DNA of 63,193 bases, counting the filler, from Chiloscyllium plagiosum (lineage: Eukaryota), in the NCBI RefSeq assembly GCF_004010195.1. It is 4 parts of one record of this genome, joined end to end, with 100 filler letters (N's around TTAATTAATTAA, not from the genome) between each part and the next. Parts side by side here need not be neighbours in the genome. Positions count along the whole stretch, not along the records: positions 1 to 16,788 come from NC_057713.1; positions 16,889 to 38,048 come from NC_057713.1; 2 more parts are not named here. One strand, 5' to 3'. Within the stretch, counting starts at the first letter, position 1. Each line of letters opens with the position of its first letter. Below, piece by piece: positions 11,681 through 24,254 of the stretch. The translations under genes were made by a program, and so were the position numbers. Below the pieces are notes generated by a model. It did no database searches, was not told where the DNA came from, and saw only the letters and a list, made by a program, of their open reading frames with translations.

Positions 11681-13644
11681 TAATGAGTTTTGAGAAATTT
11701 GTAGCTCAGGTTGAGTTTCTGGATATACGTTTGCTTGCTGAGCTGGAGGGTTCATTTCCAGACGTTTCATCACCCTATTAGGTAACATCTTCAGTGGGTC
11801 TCACTGCTGATAATTCTTGCTTTCCATTTATATGTTTGGGTTTCTTTGGGTTGGTGATGTCATTTCCCATGGTAATGTCATTTCCTGTGGTGAAGTCACT
11901 TCCTGTTCTTTTTCTCAGGGGGTAATAGATGAGGGTCTAACTTGATGTGTTTGTTAATAGAGTTCCGGTTGGAATGCCATGCTTCTAGGAATTCTCGTGC
12001 ACGTCTTTGCTGGCTTGTCTTAGGATGGGTGTGTTGTCCCAGTCAAAGTGGTGTCCTTCCTTATCTGTATATAAGGATACTAAGGAGAGAGGGTCATGTT
12101 GTTTTGTGGCTAGTTGGTGTTCATGTATCCTGGTGGATAGTTTTCTGCCTGTTTGTCCAATGTGGTGTTTGTTACAGTCGTTGTGCTGTATTTTGTAAAT
12201 GACATTAGTTTTGCTTGTTATTTGTATAGGGTCTTTCAAATTGCTGTTTAAGTGTGTTGCTGGGTTTGTGGGCTACCATGATGCCAAGGTGTCTGAATAG
12301 TCTGGCAGTCATTTCTGAGATGTCTTTGATGTAGGGTAGAGTGGCTAGGGTTTCTGGACGTGTTTTGTCTGCTTGTTTGAGCTTGTTGCTGAGAAATCGG
12401 CGGACTGTGTACATTGGGCACCTGTTTTTTTTTAATACGTGGTATAAGTGATTTTCCTCTGCTCTGCGTACTTCCTCTGTGCTGCAGTGTGTGTTGGCTC
12501 ATTGAAATAATGTTCTGATGCAGCTTCATTTGTGGATGTTGAGATGATAGCTTCTGTAATTCAATATTTGGTCTGTATGTGTTGTTTTCCTGTAGACGCT
12601 GTTTGAAGGTCCCCATTGGCTGTTTGCTCTACTGTGACATCTAGGAATGGCAGTTTGTTGTCGCTTTCTTGCTCTTTAGTGAATTTTATGCCAGTATTGA
12701 TGGTCTTGAAGGTTTCCTCTAATTTGTTTTGTTTAGTGATGACAAAGATGTATCCACCTAGCGGACCCAAAGTTTGGGTTGGATGGTTGGCAGAGCTGTT
12801 TGTTCAAGTCTCTGTATTACTGCCGTTGGTTTGTCTGTAGATTTTGCTGTTGAAGGTGATGTTTGTGATAAGACATTGGTTCACTAGTTTAATAAAACTG
12901 TCCTTGTTGATGAAGTTGATGGTGTTTGGTGTATGTGTCTTTGTGTCTTCTAATAGTGTAGTCAGTGTTTCCTTGGCCAGTTTAATGTTGATTGATGTAA
13001 ACAGGGCTGTTACATCAAAGGAGAACATTATTTCATCTTCTTCTATCTTAGTGTCTTTGGTGATCTTCAGGAATTCTTGGGTGGAGTGGATGGAGTGGTG
13101 TGAGTCTTCTAAGTGTTTTAGTCTTTGGTGTCGCTCCTTGGCCAATCTGTAAGTTGGTGTTCCCCGTAGCGAGACTATGGGTCCAAGGGGTCTCCTGGTT
13201 TGTATCTTTACATCCTAGTATCCTTACATACAAATAAGGAAGCACACCACTTCGACTGGGACAACACATCCATCCTAGGAAAAGCCAATCAAAGACACGC
13301 ACGAGGATTCCTAGAAGCATGGCAATCCAACCGGACCTCTATCAACAAACACATCAAGTTAGACCCCATCTACTACTCAGGCAAGATGCTGGAAATCAGA
13401 GTCTAGATTAGAGTGGTGCTGGAAAAACACAGCAGGTCAGGCAGCAGCCGAGGACTCCTGAGAAAAAGAACAGGAAGTGACTTCACCACAGGAAATGACA
13501 TAACCAACCCAAAGAAACCCGAACAGATAAATAGGAAGCAAGAATTATCGGCAGTGCTTCGCCTGACGCTCACTGAAGATGTTACCTAGTAGGGTGACAA
13601 AACGTCTGAAAATGAACCCTCCAGCTCAGTGTGCTAACCTACAT
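11681..13644 (-). mobile_element. Penelope-like element (family B, RT + GIY-YIG) with an inverted copy of its 3' end; 14-bp TSD
   Basis: FSFDVTALFTSI (RT), LPFLDV, NVIYKIQ...HIGQTGRKLSTRIHEH (GIY-YIG); TSD ccactttataggct at 11667-11680 and 13645-13658. Confidence 0.92.
11758..11796 (-). ncRNA. Minimal hammerhead ribozyme motif (PLE family B)
   Basis: Reverse complement caCTGAAGAtgttacctaatagggtgatGAAAcGTCtgg: conserved core, stem II, GUC site. Confidence 0.7.
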
Positions 13645-16149
13645 CCACTTTATAGGCTCTCTGTTTTTCTTTGATACATTTCCTGACTTCCTTTGTCAGC
13701 CATGGCTGCCTAATTTCCCACAACCAACCCCCGCCCCCCCCCCCCCCCCCACCACGGATATTCCTTTCTTTCTTTGGGATGAACCTCTGTACTGTGTCTT
13801 CAATTACACCCAGAAACTCCAGCTATTGTTACTCTACTGTCTTCCCTGCTAGGCTTTGTTTCCTGTCGATTTTCATCAGTCCCGCTCTCATGTCCCTGTA
13901 ATTACCTTTATTTAACTGTAACACCATTACATCCAATTTTGCCCTCTCTCTTTCAAACTGCAGACTGAACTCTACCATATTATGGTCACTGCCTCCTAAG
14001 CGTTCCCTTACTTTAAGATCTTTTCTAAAGTCTGGCTCATTTCATAGCACTAAGTCCAGGATAGTCTGCTCCCTTGTGGGCTCCATCACAATCATTTCCA
14101 AAAAGCCATCCTGTAAGCATTCCACGAATTCCCTTTCTTTGGATGCATCGACAACATTATTCACCCAGTCCACTTGCATATTGAAGTCCCCCATGATCAC
14201 CATGACCTTGCCTTTCTGACATGCCCTATCTATTTCCCGGTACATCTTGCGCCCTGGTCGTGACCACAGTTGGGAGGTCTGTACATAACTCCCATTATGT
14301 TTTTTTTGCCTTTGTGGTTCCTTAACTCCACCCACACAGACTCCACATCATCCGACCCTGTGTCATTCAGTGCCATAGATTTAATTTCATTCATAACTAA
14401 CAAAGCAACCCTGCCTTTTCGATAAGTTGTAAATCCTTGGATGTTTAACTGCCAGTCCTGAACCCTCTGCAACCACATCTCTGTGATGTTTACTACATCA
14501 TAATTATTCATGATGATTTGTGCTGTTAATTCATCTACTTTGTTATGAATACTGTGTGCATTCAGGTAAAGTGCCTTAATGTTAATTTTCTTATCTTCAT
14601 GATTTCTGACATCTCTCATAATATGTCCTAAGGTATCCTTCCTTTTTGCTTCATTCCTAGTCAGCCTTGAACTTAAACCCTGCACACATGCTAACCTGCT
14701 GCTTATCTTTCTACTTGGGTCCATACTCCCTGTCGCTTTCCTTCCCTTCCCCGACTCACAAGTGTAAAGTCTTAGTGACCACCCTATTTATCCTTTTCGC
14801 CAGAACACTGGTTTCAGATCAGCTCAGTTGGACACCGTCCCATTGGTACAGATCTCCCCAGTTCCAAAACTGATGCCAATGTCCCATGAAATGGAATCCC
14901 TCTTTCCCACACCAATCCCTTAGCCACGTGTTTACTTCCCTAATTTTCTTATCCCTATGCTAATTAGCACATGGCTCGGGAAGTAATCCAGAGATTATGA
15001 CCTTTGTTAGTGCTTGATAATTCCCAAGCAGGTCCTCCTTCCCAGCCTTGCCTATGTTGTTAGTGACAACATGGACCAAAACAACTGGATCTTCTCCCTC
15101 CTGTTCCGATATCCTTTCGAGCCGGTTGGAGATGTCTTGCACCCTGTCACTGGGTGGGCAACACACCATGCGGGACTCCCGATCCAGCTCGCAAAGGATA
15201 CTATCTATCCCCCTAATTATAGAATCCTCTATACCAACTACTTGTCTTTTTGCTCTTGAGTGGCCTTCTGCATCATGGTGCCATGGTCAGCTGGATCATC
15301 CTGTCCACAGCCCTTTCCATCATTCATACAGGGAGCAAGAATCTCATTCCTGTTGGACAAGGACAAGGGTTGAGGCTCCTCCACACCTGAACTCAGAATC
15401 CCCCTGCCTGCCTCACTTACAGTCACACCCTGTTGTCCCTGATCACTTACTGAATTTGAATTACCTAATCTACCAGGTGTGACTGCCTCCTGTAACAAAG
15501 TGTCCAGGTAACTCTCCCCCTCTCAGATGTGCTGCAGAGTTTGAAGCACAGATTCCAGATCATCAATTCTGATCCTGAGTTCTTCCAGCAACCAACACTT
15601 GCTGCAGATGTGGTCACTGCCGTTCACAATGAGATCAGCCAGCTCCTGCATCATAGAGCTACAGCACATCACCTGTCCAGCCATCTCTACTTATTTAATT
15701 AATTTATACAAATTTATGAGTTAGATAATTTCTAGTACTTCTCTATAGTCTTATTCAACTAACCAACTAACAGCAAACTTTCGATCAATCACACGATACA
15801 CAAGAAATATCAATTGAAATGCCTTACCTTAGCAACACACAAGAGCCCTTTTCTTTGGTTAGAGGAGGAGGGCGGGTGGGAGACACTACACGTGCAGTAT
15901 CTCGGGATTCAGCCGCTGCCCAAATATATACCCAGCAGCACCTCGCTGTGGCCTCTCCCTCTGCTGCTCCTGTAAAAATGGTTCTCCCTTCCGCTGTTCT
16001 CTCCGCCCTCTCTCCTCACCGCTCTGTAAAAATGGAGACCCGACTCCCTTTTTAAGTGGGAAAACTTACCCTTCCCGGCAGCCCTCACTTCTCTCCACCA
16101 TCTCTCCTCACCATTCGGTAAAAATGGAGGCGAAATAAATTCCACTCCT

Positions 16150-17260
16150 TTTAGAATTAGAATCCCTACAGTGTGGAAACAGGCCCTTCAGCCCAACAAG
16201 TCCACACCGACCCTCAGAAAAGTATCATAGAACATAGAACATAGAAGAATACAGCGCAGTACAGGCCCTTTGGCCCTCGATGTTGCGCCGATCCAAGCCC
16301 ACCTAACCTATACTAACCCACTATCCTCCATATACCTATCCAATGCCCGCTTAAATGCCCATAAAGAGGGAGAGTCCACCACTGCTACTGGCAGGGCATT
16401 CCATGAACTTACGACTCGCTGAGTGAAGAACCTACCCCTAACTTCAGTCCAATATCTACCCCCCTTAATGTAAAGCTATGCCCCCTTGTAATACCCAACT
16501 CCATACGCGGGAAAAGGTTCACACTGTCAACCCTATCTAACCCCCTAATCATCTTGTACACCTCAATCAAGTCACCCCTAAACCTTCTTTTCTCTAATGA
16601 AAACAGCCCCAAGTGTCTCAGTCTTTCCTCATACGATCTTCCTTCCATACCAGGCAACATCCTGGTAAACCTCCTCTGCACCCGTTCCAGTGCCTCCACA
16701 TCCTTCCTATAGTATGGCGACCAAAACTGCACACAATATTCCAGATGCGGCCGCACCAGAGTCTTATACAACTGCAACATGACCCCAGNNNNNNNNNNNN
16801 NNNNNNNNNNNNNNNNNNNNNNNNNNNNNNNNTTAATTAATTAANNNNNNNNNNNNNNNNNNNNNNNNNNNNNNNNNNNNNNNNNNNNCTTCCTGACCTC
16901 TCCGGCCTATCACCCTCACCTTGACCTCCTTCCACCTATCGCATTTCCAACGCCCCTCCCCCAAGTCCCTCCTCCCTACCTTTTATCTTAGCCTGCTGGG
17001 CACACTTTCCTCATTCCTGAAGAAGGGCTCATGCCCGAAAATTCGATTCTCCTGCTCCCTGGATGCTGCCTGACCTGCTGCGCTTTTCCAGCAACACATT
17101 TTCAACTCTACATTTACCCCTCACTAATGCACCTAACCTACACATCCCTGAACACTATGGGCAATTTAACATAGCCAATTCACCGAACATCTTTGGATTG
17201 CGGGAGGAAACCAAAACACACAGAGGAAATCCACGCGGACACGGGGAGAATATGCAAAAT
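16150..17260 (-). mobile_element. HE1-like SINE split by a CR1 3' fragment (16227-16788), a gap and a PLE terminal repeat (16889-17105)
   Basis: SINE tail ccctacagtgtggaaacaggccct at about 16163; body resumes at about 17106; CR1 LYKTLVRPHLEYCVQFWSP in between. Confidence 0.8.
16789..16888. other. Assembly gap with artificial TTAATTAATTAA linker (also at 38049-38148 and 52448-52547)
   Basis: 44 N + 12-mer + 44 N = 100 bp, identical in all three places. Confidence 0.97.
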
Positions 17261-18189
17261 GTTCTGCTATTACTTCCATAATTGTTTCCAATTCTTTTCC
17301 AAGTGCCTTACAGGTGACTGTGTTGGATATTTTTGGGAGGTGGGGGCATGATCAGCAGTGGGTCTATGATAATTAAAGACGACTATATCCTCATACCTAA
17401 TCCTCCATCTTACATCTCAGTCATACTTTGCCCATTTGAAAACTGTAGATAGTCATAGAGTCATGGGGTCATAGTGCTTTACAGCACAAAAAGAGGCCCT
17501 TCAGCCCATCTGGTTCATGCGATTCATCAAGAATCTGTCTACCCTAAACCCATTTTCTGATCAACACTTGGTCTGTAGCCTTTTATGCCTTTCATCTCAA
17601 TATTTTTTAAATGTGGGAACGTTCCAGGCTCTACCTTTCAGTCAGTGAGTTCCAGATACCCCCACCCCGCTGGGTGAAAAAAAACCTCTAAACCTCCTGA
17701 TTCCCTTCTCTTGCCTGTAAACCTGTACTCCCTGGTTATTGACTCCTCTAAGAAATTTACTTCCTATTTACCTTATTTATTCCCCTTTTGTATACCTCAA
17801 ACAGATCCCCTTTCTGTCTTAGGGTATGGGCTCGCAATGCTCAATTCAAGAGGTGAGGCCACTGTGCTCAGGTCAGGGTGGGGTCCTGGACCAGAGGGAG
17901 CATTGGGGCCCATGATTTCTGTCCCTGCCCTGCTCGATGTTGTTTGGGCTTAAATACGGTTGTATTCATTTTATTCTGTAGCTGTGGCAGGGCAGTCATA
18001 AGCCAGGAAAGAATGAATGGTAATGCATTGGGAATGTCACTGGACTAGCAATGCAGAGGCTAATGCTCTAGGGACATGGATTAAAATTTGATTTGATTTA
18101 TTGTTGTCACATGTCCTAAGCACAGTGAAAACTTTTGATTTGTGAGCAGTACAGGCAGATCATAGCAAACAAGGACATACAGATCATCA

Positions 18190-18660
18190 GATTCAAAGTT
18201 TGTGAGAAGATCTGTAGCTCGGGTGCTCGTTGCTGTGGTTCTGTTCGCCGAGCTGGAAGTTTTTGTTGCAAACGTTTCGTCCCCTGTCTAGGTGACATCC
18301 TCAGTGTTTGGGAACCTCCTGTGAAGCGCTTCTGTGGTGTTCCCTCCGGCATTTATAGTGGCCTGTCCCTGCCGCTTCCGGTTGTCAGTTTCAGCTGTCC
18401 ACAGAAGCGCTTCCCAGGAGGCTCCCAAGCACTGAGGATATCACCTAGACAGGGGACGAAACTAGTTTTGCTCATGCTGGGTATCGGGTCCTTCGTTTTG
18501 GTGAGTTGTTGTCTGAGGGTGGCTGTTGGTTTGTGTGCTGTTATAAGTCCTAGTGGTCGCAGTAGTCTGGCTGTCATTTCAGAGATGTTCTTGATGTATG
18601 GTAGTGTGGCTAGTCCTTTGGGTTGTGGCATGTCCTCGTTCTGTTGTCTCTCCCTTAGGC
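18190..18660 (-). mobile_element. PLE family B 3' fragment with internal inversion
   Basis: LATLPYIKNISEMTARLLRPLG; 18402-18463 is an inverted copy of about 18272-18333; atcatca on both flanks. Confidence 0.85.
18267..18306 (-). ncRNA. Minimal hammerhead ribozyme motif (PLE family B)
   Basis: Reverse complement caCTGAGGAtgtcacctagacaggggacGAAAcGTTtgc. Confidence 0.7.
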
Positions 18661-20020
18661 ATCATCAACAGAAGGACCCAGATCATCAAATGCTTAGACA
18701 GAGCAAGGTTAACATTAGCAAGACCAACATTATTTGAAGTTAGAGAGGTCCATTCAGCAGCCTAATACCAGCAAGGAAGAAGCTGTCCTTGGTGCATGTT
18801 TTCAAGCTTCTGTATTTTCTGCCTGACAGAAGATGTTGGAAGAGAGCTCTCAGGTGGGAGGGCTCTTTGATGATGTTGTTAACCTTTCTGCAGCAATGAG
18901 AAGTATAAATGGAATCTATGGGTGGGAGGTTGGCTTCTGTGATGGTCTGGGCTGTATTCACAACCTTCTGTAATTTCTTAAAGCAGTTGCCATACCAGGC
19001 CATTGTGCATCCGGATGGATGCTTTCTATGGCGCATCTGTAAAAGTTATTAAGGTCCTTATGGGCATGCCGAATTTCTTAAGCCAGCTGAGGAAAGGGGG
19101 CATTGTTGTGCCTTCTTGACTGTCACAGCTACATGGTAAAAACAATGACTGCAGATGCTGGAAACCAGATTCTGGATTAATGGTGCTGAAAGAGCACAGC
19201 AGTTCAGGCAGCATCCGAGGAACAATAAAATCGACGTTTCGGGCAAAAGCCTTTCATAGCAGGTCCAGGACAGATTGTTGGCTATTGTCACTCTTGGGAA
19301 CTTGACGCTCTCGACCCTCTCCACCTCAGCTCCACTGAAGTACATAGGGGCGTGTCCTCCTCCTTTCCTCCTGAAATCATTGATAAAATCCATTTCTGGC
19401 AACATGTGGACTTTAATTAATTGTTCTGGATTTGAAAGTTCACCAAAGTAATAGTGACCATGCCTCCATTACCTAGTCTAGCTCTAGATCTAGAGCAATG
19501 TGATTGACTCAAAGCAGCTTTCTACAATATCTAAGCAAATCATTCAGTTCAAAGGCAATTAGGAATGGGCAATAAATGCTGCCTTGTTGATGATCCTCAC
19601 ATCCTAAAAAGAAAAGGAAATTCAGAATCCAGATAGTACCAATCAAAAATGGTACTCATGTGATAAGGATCTTTTCCATTTCTTCTCAGCTGGATAGTTC
19701 TGGTCTTCGCCTGTAATTAAAAGGCAGGGGAGATGCAGGGTAGTGGATTTGAGGATTATACGATCAGTGGTGATCTCATTGAGTCTGCTCAGCTATTCAA
19801 TGTTCTGAGTCACCTGCTTCTGATACTGCATTTTACGGTCTTATTATTGGGGTTCAGGACAAAAAAAAGAGAACTGTACTCAGATTGTCAAACTAAGTCT
19901 ATCCTCTTTGAGTATATTACTTTACTTGTGTGGAAGTATTCTTTTCTAACCTCCATTTGCCATTACTCCTTGCTTCAAAACCAAATTGTTTCATGAAGAG
20001 TAAACCAGATCTATGAGTAG

Positions 20021-20460
20021 CTACAACCTCATAATTGTTGTATCTTCTTTGATGAATAGAAGCTGTAGGAGCCTGATTCGTAGATCATACAGATCGCTCT
20101 TACTGTGACATATTGAAATTGCAAGCACCCAAGGAGGGACATGGACTGGCCACACAGATGAGTGTTGTGCACATTCTGACAGCCCTAACACCCGGAGACA
20201 TTGGTACACAATGTCCATGAGCAGACAGGCACTGTTGAGGACCTCCCAGATGGAGAAAGCTTTTTGTCGATTGAAAAAATGGCCCCAAACATTTCCAGCC
20301 CAAAGTCTGCTTTGCATGTATCCTTGGTCTTTCTTCTCATTTTGACTCGAAGACGAGGGCATACAGTGCATGATGGTTCTCTGGCTGTCAATAATTAGCA
20401 ATCCATCCCGATATCCATGCAATTTGCAAGTTTCTGTCTTCCCAAGGAAAGGGTTGAAAA
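20021..20460 (-). CDS. Candidate terminal coding exon (145 codons + TAG), unidentified
   Basis: Acceptor tcttaactttcaacag; the open frame starts only about 4 codons upstream of it; FNPFLGKTETCKLHGYRDG...LYDLRIRLLQLLFIKEDTTIMRL*; non-repetitive. Confidence 0.45.
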
Positions 20461-21544
20461 CTGTTGAAAGTTAAGACTCAAACAGTTCAAAGTATGCTGT
20501 AAAGTCTCTTGTGGGACAGTGGTAATGTCCCTAATTCTGAGCCAGTCCCAGTTGTTTCAAAAGTGTGTAAAAATGTCATGGCCAAGTTGTTTAGAAATTA
20601 TCTTCCAAGTACATTGTAGTAGACATAAAGTTGTCGCAAATCCTACAACCTGGGGCAAAAACTGTTCTCTTCAATCATCTTTACACTGTAAGCCTGACAA
20701 GAGACCCATGTTTACCTTGTAGTTGCAAAATTCATCTTGAATCCAGGTTAAGCTTTAAAAAAGTTATCCAGTTGTCTCAATGTGTCATATCATACCCATT
20801 TTGCTGATCTGAAGTCTGCACAATTTTTGACTGCCAAAAATTAAATTGCTCTTTAAATGGATGCTGCAATCCATTGAACAGCAATGACTGCATTTGGCAT
20901 TCCACCTCTACCTCAATTAATCAAGCACTTATGAAGAAGGACAGGAGTTAACTAGCAATATTACCTTAGGCAATTTCATGGAGGTGAACTAGTTCACGAC
21001 ATGCGAGGAGAAAGAACTCTCACTTTTAAAGGTGTGATTAGAATCAGAAAACACAATCGTGTTTTTGATTTTTCCAAATCAAAACAACGCCAACAAAATT
21101 AAAGGAGGTCATTTCAAAAGCAAAATAATGCAGATGGTTGAAACCTGAAGAAAAAAATAAACAATGCTGGAAATACATAGCAAGTCAGGTAGCATTTTGT
21201 AATGATATCTTGTTAGAAATATAGGTTTGATTGATAAATAAGCTTAAATAATTAGGTATGATGCAATAAATATTGAAAACATTTAAAGATAAATACTCAT
21301 GTAAGAGTTAACCTTTAAAGATGGGAGGACCATAAGGCAATAAGATATAGGAGCAGAATTAAGCCATTCAAATCTGTTCACAATTCAATCATGGCTAATA
21401 TGTTTCTCAACCCCACTCTCTTGCTACAATCTCATCCTTAATAATGGACTCTAAAATCTTACTATTGATGGAGGTCAGGCTAACGAGCCTATAATTTCCC
21501 ATATTCTACCCTCCTTTATTGAACTCATCTCTTCCTATCACAAC

Positions 21545-23245
21545 ACTGTCCTGCTCCCCCTCAGTCCAGGAACTCCCCACCTACATTTGTGACACCACCC
21601 ATGCCCTTCACCTCCTCCAAGATTTTCGTTTCCCCGGCCCCCAATGCCTCATCTTCACCATGGACATCCAGTCCCTGTATATATCGATCTGCCACAGCAA
21701 AGGTCTCCAAGACCTCAGTTTTTTCCTCTCATACCATCCCAACCAGTACCCTTCCACCAACATCCTCCTCTGCCTAGCTGAACTGGTCCTCACCCTCAAC
21801 AACTTCTCTTTTCAATCGTCCCACTTCCTCCAAACCAAAGTGGTAGCCATGGGCACCTGCATGGGATCCAGCTATGCCTGCCTTTTTGTTGGGTTCGTGG
21901 AACAAGCCATCTTCCACATTTACACTGGCACCAACCCACTCCTGTTCCTCCGCTACACCAATGACTGTATTGGTGCCATCTCGTGCTCCAATGAGGAGGT
22001 TGAACAGTTCTTCAACTTTACCAACACCTTCCACCCTAATCTCAAATTCATGTTGACCATCTCAGACACCTCCCTCCCCTCCCTGGACCTCTCCATCACC
22101 GTCCCTGGTGACTGACTAACCACAGACATCTACTGCAAGCCCACTGACTCCCACAGCTACCTAGACTACACCTCCTCCCACCCTACCTCCTGTAAAACGC
22201 CATCCCTTATTCCCAATTGCTCCGCCTCCACCACATCTGTTCCCAGTATGACCAATTCCACCTCAAAGTCCCAGATGGCCTCCTTCTTCCAAGATAGCAA
22301 CTTCCCTCTCCACGTGGTTGACGATGCCCTCCAGCGCATCTCCTCCACTTCACACATCACCACCCTTGAACCCCATCCCTCCCAACGCAACAAGGACAGA
22401 ATGCCCCTGCTCCTCACCTTGCACTCCACCAACCTCTACATACTTCGCGTCATCCTCCGCCACTTCTGCCACCTCCAAACTGACCCCACCACCAAAGATA
22501 TATTTCCCTCCTCATCCCTTTCAGTGTTCCTGAGAGACCATTCCCTCCACAAATCCCTCGTCAGGTCCTCAGCCCACCACCAGCCCACACCCCACTCCTG
22601 GCACCTTTCCCTGCCACCACAGGAAGTGCAAAACCTGCACCCACACCTCTCCCCTCATCTCCATCCAAGGTCCCAAGGGATCCTTCCACATCCATCAGAA
22701 ATTCACCTGCACCTCTACCAATGTGATCTCCTCTACAGCGGGGAGACAGGACGCCTTCTTGCCGACCATTTCAGAGAACATCCCTGGGACACCCGCACCC
22801 ACCAACCCCACTGCCCCGTGGCTGAACACTTCAACTCCTCTTCCCACTACATAAAGGACATGCAGGTCCTGGGCCTCATCCACCGCCAAATCATTACCAC
22901 CGACGCCTGGAAGAAGAACATCTCATTTTCTGCCTTGGGACCCTGCAACCACACAGGATCAATGTGGATGTCAACAGTTTCCTCATTTCCCCTCCCCCAC
23001 ATTATCCCAGTCCCAAGCCTCCAACTCTGCACCGTCCTCCTGACCTGTCCATCACTCTCCCCCTGACCTATCACCTTCTTCCTCGCCTTCATCCACCTAT
23101 CACTTTCTCAACTACCTTCCCTCCAAACCCACCACCCCCCATTTATCTCTCAGTCCCCGGGCCACAAGCCTCATTCCTGACAAAGGGCTTATGTCCAACA
23201 TGTCGATTCTCCTGCTCCTCAGATGCTGCCTTTCCCAGCAATGCA
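21545..23245 (+). mobile_element. Penelope-like element (family A): RT + GIY-YIG + terminal repeat, disrupted
   Basis: DTTHAL...FTMDIQSLY...AMGTCMGSSYA...FLRYTND (decayed YIDD); LLYSGETGRLLADHFREH. Confidence 0.93.
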
Positions 23246-23632
23246 CCCTCGACTCCTCCTTTCTTGAACAGAGGTATTGGGTTCGCCATTTTCCATTCCT
23301 CTGGGACCCTCCCTGACTCCTCTGGTTCCTGAAAGATCATTACTAAAGCCTCCACAATCTCCTCAGCTATCTCCCTCAGACCTCCCGGTTGTTGTCCATC
23401 CAGTCCAAGTGTTTTATCCACTCACTGACCTTTTTGCTTCCCCAGCACCTTCTCCTCAGTGATGGCCATTACACTCAACTCTGCCCCCTTGCTGGCTTGA
23501 AGTTCTAGTATGCTTTTGGTGTCCATAGCTCCCAAATCTTGAAAAGTACACTTTGAAATTAGGATATGCGTTGAAGGAGACATGGAGATGATAAATATAT
23601 GCAGTTATTTCAGTTATTGTATTAGTACTCAC

Positions 23633-23678
23633 CAGACAACAAAATTGTAGAAATAATATGTTCAGTCACAGAAAATCA
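23633..23678 (-). other. 46-nt micro-exon candidate beginning with in-frame TGA
   Basis: Acceptor ttgctttgtctctttccag, donor tctg|gtgagt; reads TGA-FSVTEHIISTILLS-g; all three frames contain a stop. Confidence 0.5.
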
Positions 23679-24254
23679 CTGGAAAGAGACAAAGCAACAT
23701 CACACCTAAGTGTGCAAATTAAATTTTAATTAAACAAAAAATACAAGATGCATCCAACTGATAAGAGATGGCAAAAGTCCTTATCTCGACTATACTACTA
23801 TAAATCAGAGTACAACAACACTCATAAATACAGAGAAACAAGACAGTTTTACTGATAAACCTTTAACAAAGGATTTTAGAAATTAGATTCCCTACAATGT
23901 TGGAACAGACTATTTGGCCCAACAAGTCCACACCGATCCTCCAAAGAGTATCCCACCCAAACCCATTCCCCAACCCATTACTTTACATTTACCCTCACCC
24001 TTATAGGGTTGAAAGAATAAGGGACAGATGGAAGGAATACGTGTCTAAGAGTGCAAAACACCCAAACAGATTCACTAGATAAACAAACTTCATATGGAAC
24101 TTCACAACTTCATGAAGAAATCTTCACCAAATAATTAAGAAATAGTATTATACAGTACAGGGAGAAAATAATTTTCTCCTACTGGGAGAAAATGTCTTAT
24201 GCATCAGGACTTTGAGGTAAACCTGGCTTTAAATGTTCATGGGTGTTCTGTGCT

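Larger units (their letters stand above)
9721..16145 (-). mobile_element. Near full-length, disrupted CR1 LINE (ORF1 ~14900-15690; ORF2 APE+RT), interrupted by a PLE
   Basis: LYLNAHSI, YRPPN, MGDFN (APE); FKKGSRQKMENYRLISLT and VADDTKLGG (RT); VHVVTNNIG (ORF1 esterase); taagacca tail at 9721-9745. Confidence 0.92.
18085..19400 (-). mobile_element. Rex/Babar-type LINE 3' portion with nested PLE fragments
   Basis: AWYGNC...LQKVVNTAQTIT...HLLSGRKYRSL...FFLAGIRLLN; (tcaaa)n tail at 18085-18100. Confidence 0.8.

Noticed and set aside
16833..16844. TTAATTAATTAA palindrome recurring three times
   Set aside because: Always centred in exactly 100-bp N blocks, so it is an artificial scaffolding linker
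19960..20000. cttcatga...tgaag hairpin as a SECIS
   Set aside because: Lacks the AUGA-N11/12-AA...GA spacing and a long helix II
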